From: a virus
Taxonomy: Duplodnaviria > Caudoviricetes
DNA: 59,573 nucleotides
Strand: one strand, 5' to 3'
IMG/VR virus record: IMGVR_UViG_3300026125_000003
Location: 1 to 59,573 of that record
Shown: one piece after another, positions 23,870 through 33,314 of the stretch
How positions within the stretch are numbered: the first letter of the stretch is position 1
Layout: every line of letters starts with the position of its first letter
The notes under the pieces: generated by a model
The model's database searches: none
Told to the model about the DNA's origin: nothing
The model's input: only the letters and a program-made list of their open reading frames with translations
Program-made: the position numbers and the translations under genes

Positions 23870-25927
23870 TATGCCATTAGCAAACGTTGATTGTTCTCTG
23901 AAGTAATCATCGTTATCGTTTGATGGCGTAGTGGTCATCTGTATGGTGGGGGCGCTAACTGAAGAGTTAGAGATTGTGTCCCCACCTCTATTCATTAGTA
24001 TTGCCCCGAGAATTCCCGTACCACTAAGGTCATTATTCTCTGCTTGGTTATCTCTCAAAGCACTATTCCCGCCAAGGTACTCCATCATAAGATCGTCAGC
24101 AGATTTGCCAATCATAGGCGATTCTATCTTAGGAATGCCCATTCTATTTTCAGCTTCAATAGCAGCTTTGTAATCAGCTTGTGCCGCATCATTTGCTGCC
24201 GCAATCTTAGCTCTTACAGAATCTTCTTCTAAGCTATTTCTTGCCATAGATTGCTCAATCGCAGCCATCTTGTCAGCAATTGAAGAAGCATTAGGATCTT
24301 CATATGTAAATCCGTCAGCCCCCATCTTATAGCCTTTAGCTTCCATTTCAGCTTCGAATGCTTTGAGTTCAGCAGACTCTTGTTCAGCTTTCTGACGTAG
24401 TCTGTTTTGTTCATCAATGGCTTTTTGATGTTTTTCTTGCTCTAGCCTAGCAGCTTCATTTTCAATAGCAATTTGCTCTAGTCGAGTAGCCTCAGCGGAA
24501 TTCAAACGATCCTGTTCGGCAGCAGCTTTAGCCGCTTCGCGTTCAGCTTTCTTAGCGATACGAGTCTGTTCAGCGGCAGCGCGACGAGCTTCCTCAGCCT
24601 CAATCTCTTCATCAGTTAAGCCACCCAACCAAGAAGGAGCTTTCTTACGGACATAGAAAATGACGTCATCGGCTAGTTGAGAAAAGTAATCAATAACATC
24701 GCTCATCATATCACTAATAGCACCAACTGGGTCCATAGCATCAAGTTCAGCTGCCAATTTATCAAACCCAAACATATCGAGGAAGTACACACTGACTTCT
24801 TTGAGTAGGTTTATTGGCCAACCTAGAAAATATCCAGTAAACTTACTAAACAGTGATTTTAACGCCTCGCCGATAGAACCCGTTTCTTTGAATGTATCGT
24901 AAGCATCTTGAACCGATTTTACCAAAGCTCCGAGGGTCAATGCTAAAAGTGCGCCAATAGCTACGAATGGCGCCATAGCTACGATGGCTGGCGCAATAGT
25001 AGTTGTTACTATACCCATCAGCCCTGAGATCAAGCTAGTAATCCCTGCCAATAGCGATGCGCTTAAAGTGGTTATCCCAGCCCAAATAGCAGGTATAATC
25101 GTCCTGAATAGCGTAGCAGCCATTGATTTGAATCCACCCCAAAGCGCTATAACGCCTGTGTACAGGGTAGTCGCTAGTGAAGCGACCGCACCCCAAAGTG
25201 CTGGCAAGATACGCATAAAGAAAAACTTGCCGATACTAAAAATCAATGACCCAAACTGGAATACCCTAAAACCAAGAGAACCGATGAATTTACCAACGTT
25301 GAGCAATAATGTTGAAACAAACGCAAACTTAGATACCACCCACAACGCAGAAAGTGAAGTCAAAATTACATTATCTTTCATGAATTGCATTGCGGGCTCT
25401 AGATCGCCAGCCAACGCTTGGTTGATGCTATCGAAAGCGCCAGTAAAGAAATCTCTAATTTCCACGATAGCATCGATAACTGTCATTGGATCAAAGAAAA
25501 GTGTCAATAGACCCAAACCTAAAGCAGCCTTTGCGCCTTGGTCCAAAAGATTGGATATTCCTTTCTCTATGTTTTGAACGCCTTTGACTAATCCATCAAA
25601 CCCTTTAGATATACCTTCGAAGAACTTGTTTTGCTCTCGCTTTTCTTCTTTGCTAGCAGGGTCGTTGTTTTCATTTTTAGGTTTCTCGAACTTATCGCCC
25701 AAATCTACGGTCATACCTGAGATAGCGGAAACTATCTCAGTTGTCTGATCGATGATCATTGTATTCAGCATCGAGAAGCTGTTACTCAAGACATTGGTTT
25801 GAGCCAATACTGCTTGCTTAACAGTCTTCAGCGAGTTGTCTTTACTGTTCCTGGTATAGCTGCCTTCTTTTCGAACACGTTCGATAAGTTCAGCCATTCC
25901 TGGCATATTAGTTGGATTGTTAGCCAT
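23864..25927 (-). CDS. tape-measure-like / baseplate hub (gp29-like) protein
   Basis: Long helical Ala/Gly-rich protein with hydrophobic repeats and a coiled coil, downstream of gp26/gp51. Confidence 0.6.
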   Translation of the reverse strand: MANNPTNMPGMAELIERVRKEGSYTRNSKDNSLKTVKQAVLAQTNVLSNSFSMLNTMIIDQTTEIVSAISGMTVDLGDKFEKPKNENNDPASKEEKREQNKFFEGISKGFDGLVKGVQNIEKGISNLLDQGAKAALGLGLLTLFFDPMTVIDAIVEIRDFFTGAFDSINQALAGDLEPAMQFMKDNVILTSLSALWVVSKFAFVSTLLLNVGKFIGSLGFRVFQFGSLIFSIGKFFFMRILPALWGAVASLATTLYTGVIALWGGFKSMAATLFRTIIPAIWAGITTLSASLLAGITSLISGLMGIVTTTIAPAIVAMAPFVAIGALLALTLGALVKSVQDAYDTFKETGSIGEALKSLFSKFTGYFLGWPINLLKEVSVYFLDMFGFDKLAAELDAMDPVGAISDMMSDVIDYFSQLADDVIFYVRKKAPSWLGGLTDEEIEAEEARRAAAEQTRIAKKAEREAAKAAAEQDRLNSAEATRLEQIAIENEAARLEQEKHQKAIDEQNRLRQKAEQESAELKAFEAEMEAKGYKMGADGFTYEDPNASSIADKMAAIEQSMARNSLEEDSVRAKIAAANDAAQADYKAAIEAENRMGIPKIESPMIGKSADDLMMEYLGGNSALRDNQAENNDLSGTGILGAILMNRGGDTISNSSVSAPTIQMTTTPSNDNDDYFREQSTFANGIL

Positions 25928-26194
25928 TTACTTCTTTCCCATCCAAGCAGACACACCAAAGAATGCCGCTACAATACCACCCATAGTGATATAAAACATT
26001 GAAAATATATCGGAAAGCGCGTCAACCCTTTCTACAGGAACGATCGGCGACATAAGAATTCCGGTGAACACGACCATAGCTATCACGGATCCACTTGCCA
26101 TCCGTCTCTTAGCCACAACCTTTCTTTCGTACATTTTAAATTCTTGTTCAGTCACTACACCATCACCATCTAAGTCAGGGTTAAAGTTTTCCAC
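25928..26194 (-). CDS. 2-TM membrane protein with N-terminal DLDGDG (EF-hand-like) motif
   Basis: DLDGDGVVTEQE; two hydrophobic helices; GTG start. Confidence 0.65.
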   Translation of the reverse strand: MENFNPDLDGDGVVTEQEFKMYERKVVAKRRMASGSVIAMVVFTGILMSPIVPVERVDALSDIFSMFYITMGGIVAAFFGVSAWMGKK

Positions 26195-26199
26195 TTCGC

Positions 26200-26334
26200 T
26201 TACCTTTTTTGTTGCTGTTTAATTCGCTCGTTTTCTTCTTTTATATGTTCAGTCAACAGAGCGACATAAATCTGCCTTTCCCACGGTATCATTCCTTCAA
26301 TTTCATCAAGCGAATACTTGTGGAATTGCATCAT
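26200..26334 (-). CDS. gp51: baseplate hub assembly protein (gp51-like), possibly translated as a gp26 -1 frameshift fusion; not in ORF track
   Basis: MMQFHKYSLDEIEGMIPWERQIYVALL..HIKEENER; the frame is open upstream to the gp26 end (LAHESIENYYKTNF). Confidence 0.75.
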   Translation of the reverse strand: MMQFHKYSLDEIEGMIPWERQIYVALLTEHIKEENERIKQQQKR

Positions 26335-26384
26335 TGCGAAGTTTGTTTTATAGTAGTTTTCTATGGACTCGTGGGCAAGGCCAA

Positions 26385-27089
26385 TTAGAAAAAATTATTC
26401 AGCCCCTCTACCGAAATGTCATTATCATGTCCACACTTCTCGCACTTAAAGTCGTGCTTAATAGCAACAGTCGGTAGATCTTGGAACATCTCTACAATCT
26501 GTTGGAAGCTTCTGGTCGATAGGGACTCAACGAATTCTACTAGTTCTTTTTGCGTTTGTTCTTCGGCAGGGTAAACATCGTCCGCATCATAGATAGATTC
26601 AATACAATTGGCAATAACCAGAATTGATCCTTCTGCTGATTCAGGGTTTACCTTACCTAAAGCATCCGCAATGTTGAATCGTGGGTAGCGTAAAACGATA
26701 CCAACTTCATCAGTAACTTTAATGCGCATAGACTTTTCTAGATCGCCTTTAATCTGCGCATCTTCTAGGTTGATAACTGCGTCATTCATGTGACCACATT
26801 CAGAACAACCTAATTTAATCTCTGAAGTTTCGCCGACCGACTTAGCTCGAATCTGTAGGAATACGTATTCAAAGTCGAACATAGTCAAATCGTTCGGATT
26901 AACTTTATTGAAAGTACAAGCTGAAATCAGGTCTCGAGTTGCCCGAATCATTTGTTTCTGATCGTCAGACTCTCGAGCCAATAGTAGAACTTTCTGCTCC
27001 TTAACTTCAAATGGTCGAAACTCAATTTCTTCTTTCGTTGAAGGAATAGTTAATACATATCTTGGGGCATTTAACTTAGGTAAAGCCAT
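26385..27089 (-). CDS. gp26: baseplate hub assembly chaperone
   Basis: MALPKL..P.Y.L.IPST, FRPFEVKEQKVLL, LQIRAKSVGE, CxxC pairs, GLNNFF end. Confidence 0.88.
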   Translation of the reverse strand: MALPKLNAPRYVLTIPSTKEEIEFRPFEVKEQKVLLLARESDDQKQMIRATRDLISACTFNKVNPNDLTMFDFEYVFLQIRAKSVGETSEIKLGCSECGHMNDAVINLEDAQIKGDLEKSMRIKVTDEVGIVLRYPRFNIADALGKVNPESAEGSILVIANCIESIYDADDVYPAEEQTQKELVEFVESLSTRSFQQIVEMFQDLPTVAIKHDFKCEKCGHDNDISVEGLNNFF

Positions 27090-27110
27090 TCATATCACCT
27101 CATGGTAGTT

Positions 27111-27653
27111 TCACTTCCCTTCGTATAGGGAAACATATTTGTCATATTTGAAAGTAACAGTCAATCTAGCAAATTCGTTTTCTGACGCATTACTTAGTTC
27201 TGTATCTGAAATTGTGGCAGGGTATGCGTTTTCCAACCTCATACCGTATTTATAGTTCCCTTCTGCGTCTAGCATATCGATGTAGACGTCGGATACATAT
27301 TCTTCTTTGTAGTTTAAGCGGTATGTCTCAGGGTCGCCAATGGCACGTTGCCAAGCATCAAATACCTTTCGGGCGTATGAGTCGTTGGTGACTAAAAAGG
27401 TAGCACTAACGTCACCGTCTATAAACGTATATGGTTGAGCTTTTTGGAAACCGCCTGCCTCGTACTCAAACGTCGAATAGTTCCTGCCTGGGAGCGTAAC
27501 CGATTCGCATAAAAACCTTAGATCCCTAGTGTTTTCACCACCAAGGTAAGAGTTGGCCAATGGCTTGAGCGCAAAACTCAATTGAAACCTATTTGACCGA
27601 GCGACACCATCGCGTCTGTTTATGACTGTTATAAGGTTATCTATTGAAGCCAT
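27111..27653 (-). CDS. tail tube-fold protein (gp54-like tube initiator)
   Basis: AR.NRF, LCESVTLPG, F..WQ, LENAYP, LTVTF.Y. Confidence 0.7.
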   Translation of the reverse strand: MASIDNLITVINRRDGVARSNRFQLSFALKPLANSYLGGENTRDLRFLCESVTLPGRNYSTFEYEAGGFQKAQPYTFIDGDVSATFLVTNDSYARKVFDAWQRAIGDPETYRLNYKEEYVSDVYIDMLDAEGNYKYGMRLENAYPATISDTELSNASENEFARLTVTFKYDKYVSLYEGK

Positions 27654-28237
27654 TAGATTTTCTTCCTAGAATCTGCCCATACGGTTCGAGTAGATTTTGT
27701 GAAGTGCTCTGTTGGCAAAAACACGGCAATCTCCCACTCAGGCGGTTCAACTAAAACGATAGACGAATCGACTTGAGACGTCAGGTAATGTTTAAAACAA
27801 GGTTTATATGCGCTCAATTTGTTAACCGACTGCAGTATCTGGTAATTCAATTTGAACTTTGTGGATTCGTCATACCGTTTGTTGTTAGTCGTTTCCAACA
27901 GTCTATCAAATAAAGTCGCACGGAGCTTGATCGGTAGATAGTGAAGGTTCAAACCATAGAACCCACCTGGAGCTGGACCAACCATAATAGTCAACGGAAA
28001 CATATCGTAATACGGCAAAGTCTTACGGTGCTTGGCATCGTAGAAAAACATATACATGTTTCCTATACCGAACCGCTGACGCTTCTTCAATGCTTCGTCT
28101 TTCAATAATGACTGACGGTTGATGTTCTTCATGTCTTTGAGGCGGTTTTGAAACCAATCCCTTGATTGCGCTGTGCGTGGGGCGATACCCTTACGGAACG
28201 CTTCATACTCTACTTTTTGGAAAATTGAATCAGCCAT
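27653..28237 (-). CDS. gp2: DNA end protector protein
   Basis: MYMFFYDAKH..TLPYYD.FPL, GLNLHYLP, CFKHYL. Confidence 0.9.
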   Translation of the reverse strand: MADSIFQKVEYEAFRKGIAPRTAQSRDWFQNRLKDMKNINRQSLLKDEALKKRQRFGIGNMYMFFYDAKHRKTLPYYDMFPLTIMVGPAPGGFYGLNLHYLPIKLRATLFDRLLETTNNKRYDESTKFKLNYQILQSVNKLSAYKPCFKHYLTSQVDSSIVLVEPPEWEIAVFLPTEHFTKSTRTVWADSRKKI

Positions 28238-28260
28238 ACAATACCTTAATTTCTTTTATA

Positions 28261-28268
28261 TATTTATA
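28261..28268 (-). promoter_or_regulatory. late promoter TATAAATA (minus strand)
   Basis: TATTTATA on the + strand, upstream of gp2. Confidence 0.75.
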
Positions 28269-28715
28269 CTACAGAATTTTAATTCCTAATGACTTCAACG
28301 TTTTTTCTGTCCATACGTAGAACTCTGCCCCATTATCTGCCGCGAATTCTCTCGCTGCCTTCCACTTGGATTGGTTCTTGACATAGGTTAGTTGTTCAGT
28401 GAGATAGCGTTTGGTCCTACGCTTTGGCGTCTTAGGTGGCATAGTCTCTTTGTCAGGTTTTATCTCTATCAAGTAAACTTTACCAGCCGTTGTTTTGAAG
28501 TATATGTCTATGAAATAACGGTGTCGCTTGCCATCAGTAGAACATATATATGGTATCACTATTTCTTCAGCAGCCCATTCTTTCACGTCTGGGTTGTCTT
28601 CGAGATACTTAAAGACTGCCCTCTCCCAGCTACTTCTGTAGACTACCTTATTTGGGTCGCCCTTGTACTTCTCGGGCTTCTTAAGTTTGTACGTACCTTT
28701 GTAATATTGTCCCAT
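28269..28715 (-). CDS. gp4: head completion nuclease
   Basis: KYKGDP..VYRSSWE, IPY, HRYF.D, IEIKP, N.SKWKAA, TEK.L. Confidence 0.92.
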   Translation of the reverse strand: MGQYYKGTYKLKKPEKYKGDPNKVVYRSSWERAVFKYLEDNPDVKEWAAEEIVIPYICSTDGKRHRYFIDIYFKTTAGKVYLIEIKPDKETMPPKTPKRRTKRYLTEQLTYVKNQSKWKAAREFAADNGAEFYVWTEKTLKSLGIKIL

Positions 28716-28743
28716 AACGAATCCTTTATTCTATATTTATCCT

Positions 28744-28751
28744 TATAAATA
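28744..28751 (+). promoter_or_regulatory. late promoter TATAAATA
   Basis: Exact consensus at the divergent gp4/gp48 junction. Confidence 0.8.
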
Positions 28752-28780
28752 AACAAAAGAACATTCAACGGATTCATAAA

Positions 28781-29524
28781 ATGTCAATTCTAAAATATCC
28801 GCTCAACCTTAGCGACTCTGCTGACCGAGTACAGATACTGGGCTTTGACCCAACAACAGGCGAGAATCAGTGGATTCACTTATACTGCCCCAACAACCTA
28901 CAAGTTGGAGACGGTGCTTCTTACGGTAACTTCGACCTCGGCGTACTCGGCGACGGAGTCGGGGAAGCGCTGTTGACCCAAGATTCTAAAGCTTTAGAGA
29001 ATACATTAAGAACCAAATTTGGTTCCGGTTCAAGTATGGACGCGGCAGTTCTTTCTAAGTCTTTCAGTAACTTTGGACTTGGTTCGAGCACAGTAGATAG
29101 AGCGCGAGACATGTACTTGTATGATCAAAAAAGGGCAATTAACCCTAACACCGTTCTACAGTACACCAACTCAGAGCTACGTTCGTTCTCCTTTGAGTTT
29201 AAAATGGTAGCCACTTCTTCAGACGAAGCCAAAGCAATAAAGAAAATTGTTGATTCTTTTAGGATAAACATGTATGCCGAAAAAGAAAATTTGACATTAA
29301 AATACCCTTGGCTTTGGGTTATTATGTTCTACAGTAACGGAGCACCAAATCCTTACTTGCCTATGATTTATGAATGTTATCTTTCCACGATGAATACAGT
29401 TTACAACGCAAGCGGTAATATGACCCACTATGATGGTGCGCCTACCGAAGTTTCATGTCAGCTTACTTTCCGTGAGTCTAAGGCATTGAGTCGTGATGAA
29501 ATTAGAACTTTGTCTGGAGTATAA
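28781..29524 (+). CDS. gp48: baseplate tail tube cap
   Basis: LKYP, INPN...LRSFSFEFKM...EAKAIKKIVDSFR..YP, C.L...VY, GAP...LTFRE. Confidence 0.8.
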   Translation: MSILKYPLNLSDSADRVQILGFDPTTGENQWIHLYCPNNLQVGDGASYGNFDLGVLGDGVGEALLTQDSKALENTLRTKFGSGSSMDAAVLSKSFSNFGLGSSTVDRARDMYLYDQKRAINPNTVLQYTNSELRSFSFEFKMVATSSDEAKAIKKIVDSFRINMYAEKENLTLKYPWLWVIMFYSNGAPNPYLPMIYECYLSTMNTVYNASGNMTHYDGAPTEVSCQLTFRESKALSRDEIRTLSGV

Positions 29525-29526
29525 CG

Positions 29527-30294
29527 ATGTCTTTTTTCAATAAATTTCCAACTACAGAGTACGACATCTTTGGGCGCAACCTGAAGAGCAAGATTCCGGA
29601 CATATTCAAACAAGTCAGGATTGTTGATAAAAGATTTGATTCTATAACGCCATATCGTTTGTTAGAAATAGCGGATCAGCGCCCAGACCAACTCTCGTAT
29701 GAACTTTACGGCACCACCGATTTTCATTGGACTTTCTTTATAATTAACAACCACTTGAAATATGGTCACACAGATTGGCCAATGACGGATAAACAATTTG
29801 AAGAGTATGTTAGCGAAAAGTATCAAGGGTATGCTATAACAGGACATCGCACTGTCGAAGATGATATGAACCTAAACTCAGTACAAGGTTTCTTTGCCAT
29901 AGGTTCTACTTTAAGTTATGATAATGCTGGTACGATAACGCCAAATGCTATTGTTACTGCGCGCAACGCAAAAGTGAATCAGATAGCGTTTAAATACACC
30001 GGAAATCACGTATTCACGCAAACGGAAAACATTTATGGTCCGAACACAACTTTCTTCGGTAATCCTGAAGGGACTGGGTTCACGATCCGCCCTTACGCTG
30101 AATCGGTTCACCACTATGAAGACGAAGATGGTAATTTAATCAGCAACTTTGAAAACTACCGTTTGCCTCTGCGAGAAATTTCTTATTATGATTATGAAAA
30201 AAGAATGAATGATGAAAGAAGATCTATTCGGGTTCTGAAGCGAGAGTACATAGAAGACTTCTCTATTGAATTCAGGAAGGCTGTAAATGCTTGA
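29527..30294 (+). CDS. gp53: baseplate wedge subunit
   Basis: FF..FP..EY, RPDQLSYELYG..DFHW..N, WP, YE...N...R.I.VL. Confidence 0.85.
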   Translation: MSFFNKFPTTEYDIFGRNLKSKIPDIFKQVRIVDKRFDSITPYRLLEIADQRPDQLSYELYGTTDFHWTFFIINNHLKYGHTDWPMTDKQFEEYVSEKYQGYAITGHRTVEDDMNLNSVQGFFAIGSTLSYDNAGTITPNAIVTARNAKVNQIAFKYTGNHVFTQTENIYGPNTTFFGNPEGTGFTIRPYAESVHHYEDEDGNLISNFENYRLPLREISYYDYEKRMNDERRSIRVLKREYIEDFSIEFRKAVNA

Positions 30295-31597
30295 TAAGTA
30301 TAAAATAACTCCTGGTCACTTTAAACTCCACGAAGCTGTGTTGGTCAATTACGCTGGCAAGCGTATAGACATTAGCAAAATAATTGATGAGTTTACTGTA
30401 ACCGAAGGAATAACATCGCTCTTCAGCCTTTATGAATTTACCATAGTTGATGCTGTAAACCTTATTGAAAAATACATCATAACAGGTAATGAAAAGATAG
30501 AGTTGACCTTGATTAAGGTTGATGAATATGACGGCAATCCGGTCCAAAAAACAAAACACCTAATTGTGCTGGGCATAGGCGCATACGCAAGACCAAGTAA
30601 TGAAGGTCAGGCGTACAAACTAAAAGCTATTTCTGAAGAATCATTTGCGGCTTCATCTAAACGTATCTCTCAGTCAGTCAACGGCAATTTAACTGATATA
30701 CTCAACACATTGTATGGACATATTAAAAATAAATTGGCGTTGAATGTTTTAGACGGTTCTATCGAAGGTAACTACAAAGCAGTTCTCCCTAATAAAACGT
30801 ACATCGACACATTTAAGATGCTTTTGTCTAGGGCACAAAAGAGCAACGGTTCTATGTTTTTCATGTACGAAACCTTGTGGAACGACATACAATTAAATTC
30901 GTATGACACCATGATATCCTCCGAACCAGTCAATAAGTATGAATTGCGCTCAGAAAATAGTTCCGACTCTGCTCATAATAAAAAGTCATACGACGATAAT
31001 AAGATACGAATAAAGTCTATAGACAGTAAACTTGGTTCTTCTCAATATAAGAATGTAAAGAACGGAGCTTACAATAGCATCATAAAAGAGGTCGACATCT
31101 CAACCAAAAAGTATACAAAGGTTGAATATAATGCGTTCTCGGAAAGTGTGCCCAAAATGGATAAGGAATACACCGGAACTTCAGCGCTAACTATTTCCGG
31201 AAAGTCGATGGGTGATTATATCAACCCAGTTGAGTTTTTTATAAACGAAAACACGATGGCGTTTGAAGGTGCGGATAACCTTAACAACAAAATTGCTGAT
31301 TCTATAGCCAAACAAAATACCATACGTCAAAACGCATTTGCTGTATCGCATACCGTAACCTTGCATGGTGACTCTAACCTGTCTGTCGGAAAGACGATAG
31401 AGATTAAAGTTCCGCCTGCGTTGGACCCTGGGACTGTCAGTGAACATGAAGATGCTTTGATGTCAGGTAAATATGTGGTATACAACATCGTACATAAGTT
31501 CAACCGAAAGGGGATTTATGACGTCGTACTAACAGTTCGAAAAGACTCAATCAATAGATCCTTGATTGAAGGTCGATATGATAATTTAGGTGGATAA
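30287..31597 (+). CDS. baseplate hub protein (gp27-like)
   Basis: Position between gp53 and gp5; GD..L.VG..I, SGKY.V..I.HKF. Confidence 0.65.
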   Translation: MLDKYKITPGHFKLHEAVLVNYAGKRIDISKIIDEFTVTEGITSLFSLYEFTIVDAVNLIEKYIITGNEKIELTLIKVDEYDGNPVQKTKHLIVLGIGAYARPSNEGQAYKLKAISEESFAASSKRISQSVNGNLTDILNTLYGHIKNKLALNVLDGSIEGNYKAVLPNKTYIDTFKMLLSRAQKSNGSMFFMYETLWNDIQLNSYDTMISSEPVNKYELRSENSSDSAHNKKSYDDNKIRIKSIDSKLGSSQYKNVKNGAYNSIIKEVDISTKKYTKVEYNAFSESVPKMDKEYTGTSALTISGKSMGDYINPVEFFINENTMAFEGADNLNNKIADSIAKQNTIRQNAFAVSHTVTLHGDSNLSVGKTIEIKVPPALDPGTVSEHEDALMSGKYVVYNIVHKFNRKGIYDVVLTVRKDSINRSLIEGRYDNLGG

Positions 31598-32541
31598 TGA
31601 ATAATTTTGAATGGTTTACTGGAGTTGTTGAAGATATTCACGACCCAGAAAAAATGAATAGGGTTCGCGTGCGCATGTTCGGTATCCATACTGAAGACAC
31701 CACTCTCATACCTACCGAAGATTTGCCTTGGTCAACTGTGATGATGCCCGCAACTTCTTCGGGTATATCCGGACTAATGGAATCTCCTCATGGGTTACTA
31801 CAAGGTTCTTGGGTAGTTGGTTTCTTCAGGGATAATGCGTATCAAGACGCAGTCGTCATGGGTTCTATTGCTTCTAAGTTTGAAGAGAAACCTAGTACAT
31901 CTGGGTTCAAAGACCCTGATGGCAATTACCCGAAAGAAAAGTATATCGGCGAGCCTGATGTTAACAAACTTGCTCGCGGTGAAGATACAGAAGATGAAAT
32001 AGTTAAGGCTAAGAAGGATGGTGTTGACAAATCAGTTAAAACTCCGGTCGGGACTTGGGATGAACCACCTACAGAGTTTGCTGCTGAATACCCCTACAAC
32101 CGTGTACACCAAACTACATCGGGTCACATATTTGAAGTAGACGATACCGAAGGCGCAGAGCGTATCCACGAATACCATAGAACAGGTACGTTCCGAGAAG
32201 TTCACCCAGATGGAACTATTGTCACTAAGATAGTCGCAGACAACTACACAATTGTGGCAAAGGATGATAATGTCCATGTGATGGGTAACGTCAATCTAAC
32301 AATAGACGCCAACTGTAATATGTACATTAAAAAGGATTGGAACATTGATGTGGACGGTAATGTAAATATCAATGTTAAGAAAAACTGGACTGAAAAAATC
32401 GACCAGAACGTAACTTCTAAAGTCGGTAAAAACGTCACCAAAAATATTGGCGGTTCACGTAAAACAGATATTGGATCCACTGAGACTCGAAACTCAGGCG
32501 GTAAAATGTCGGATAACGCACCAACAATTCACCACAACTAA
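31597..32541 (+). CDS. gp5: baseplate central spike (gp5-like; OB fold plus beta-helix, no lysozyme domain)
   Basis: WFTGVVEDIHDP..RVRVR.FG.H..LPW, YPYN.V..T.SGH..E.DDT.GAERI, VxGNxN repeats. Confidence 0.88.
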   Translation: MNNFEWFTGVVEDIHDPEKMNRVRVRMFGIHTEDTTLIPTEDLPWSTVMMPATSSGISGLMESPHGLLQGSWVVGFFRDNAYQDAVVMGSIASKFEEKPSTSGFKDPDGNYPKEKYIGEPDVNKLARGEDTEDEIVKAKKDGVDKSVKTPVGTWDEPPTEFAAEYPYNRVHQTTSGHIFEVDDTEGAERIHEYHRTGTFREVHPDGTIVTKIVADNYTIVAKDDNVHVMGNVNLTIDANCNMYIKKDWNIDVDGNVNINVKKNWTEKIDQNVTSKVGKNVTKNIGGSRKTDIGSTETRNSGGKMSDNAPTIHHN

Positions 32542-32551
32542 GAGGTACACT

Positions 32552-32854
32552 ATGCCAGCAACTGTAAGAATAGGCGACCCATTATCAACTGGTCACCCTT
32601 GTACTGGCTCAACAACCTTGGCGGGCGCAGCGCAAGGATCAGTCTACGCTAACGGTATCTTGATTGCTGTCCCTGGAGCACCAACTGCGGTACACACCAT
32701 TGGTGCTGATCCACCTTGTGTACCTCACGTTGCTGCTCTTAACGCTGGTTCACCTAACGTATTTTGCGAAGGTAGTCCGATGGGTAGAATAGGGGATAGT
32801 GCTGACGCTGGCGCTATGACTGGCGGTTCTCCAAACGTATTCGCAAATGGTTAA
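32552..32854 (+). CDS. gp5.4: PAAR spike-tip protein (gp5.4-like)
   Basis: MPATVRIGD..TGH.C, GSPNVF..G..GRIGD..D.G..TGGSPNVFANG. Confidence 0.88.
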   Translation: MPATVRIGDPLSTGHPCTGSTTLAGAAQGSVYANGILIAVPGAPTAVHTIGADPPCVPHVAALNAGSPNVFCEGSPMGRIGDSADAGAMTGGSPNVFANG

Positions 32855-32860
32855 TTAAGG

Positions 32861-32868
32861 TATAAATA
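32861..32868 (+). promoter_or_regulatory. late promoter TATAAATA
   Basis: Exact consensus immediately before gp25; implies a very short leader. Confidence 0.7.
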
Positions 32869-32873
32869 ACCGT

Positions 32874-33314
32874 ATGAGCATTAGAAACTTATCAGACGCT
32901 GTTAGTGACAGCAAGTCATCGGTCACGGGTCTTGTACAAGAATACAAAGACCTCAGCCTCGCATTTAAACTACATCCGGAGTTCGGTGACGTTCGTCCAG
33001 TAAAAGACTTGAACGCAATAAAGAATTCCGTTAAGAACATATTGCTAACCAAAAAAGGCGAACGTCCGTTTAATCCATTACTCGGATGTAACCTTAAGAA
33101 GTATTTGTTCGAACCTGCTGACGGCTTCACGAAGAATGCTATCGAACACGAGATCCGGACATCGATCGGCGAACAAGAACCAAGAGTCAAAATTATTGAT
33201 TTAATTGTAGCATATAATGCTGACAAAAACTCTTACGAAATTACAATAACGGTGTCTATTGTCGGTTCGTCACGCGAACTTGACATCGAACTTTACTTAG
33301 AGAGATTACGATAA
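32874..33314 (+). CDS. gp25: baseplate wedge subunit
   Basis: YKDLSL.F..HP, AIKNSVKNILLT.KGERPF.P.LG, EPRV, LERLR. Confidence 0.92.
   Translation: MSIRNLSDAVSDSKSSVTGLVQEYKDLSLAFKLHPEFGDVRPVKDLNAIKNSVKNILLTKKGERPFNPLLGCNLKKYLFEPADGFTKNAIEHEIRTSIGEQEPRVKIIDLIVAYNADKNSYEITITVSIVGSSRELDIELYLERLR

Noticed and set aside
31597-32541. gp5 without a lysozyme domain
   Set aside because: Common in T4-like phages outside the T-evens; not novel
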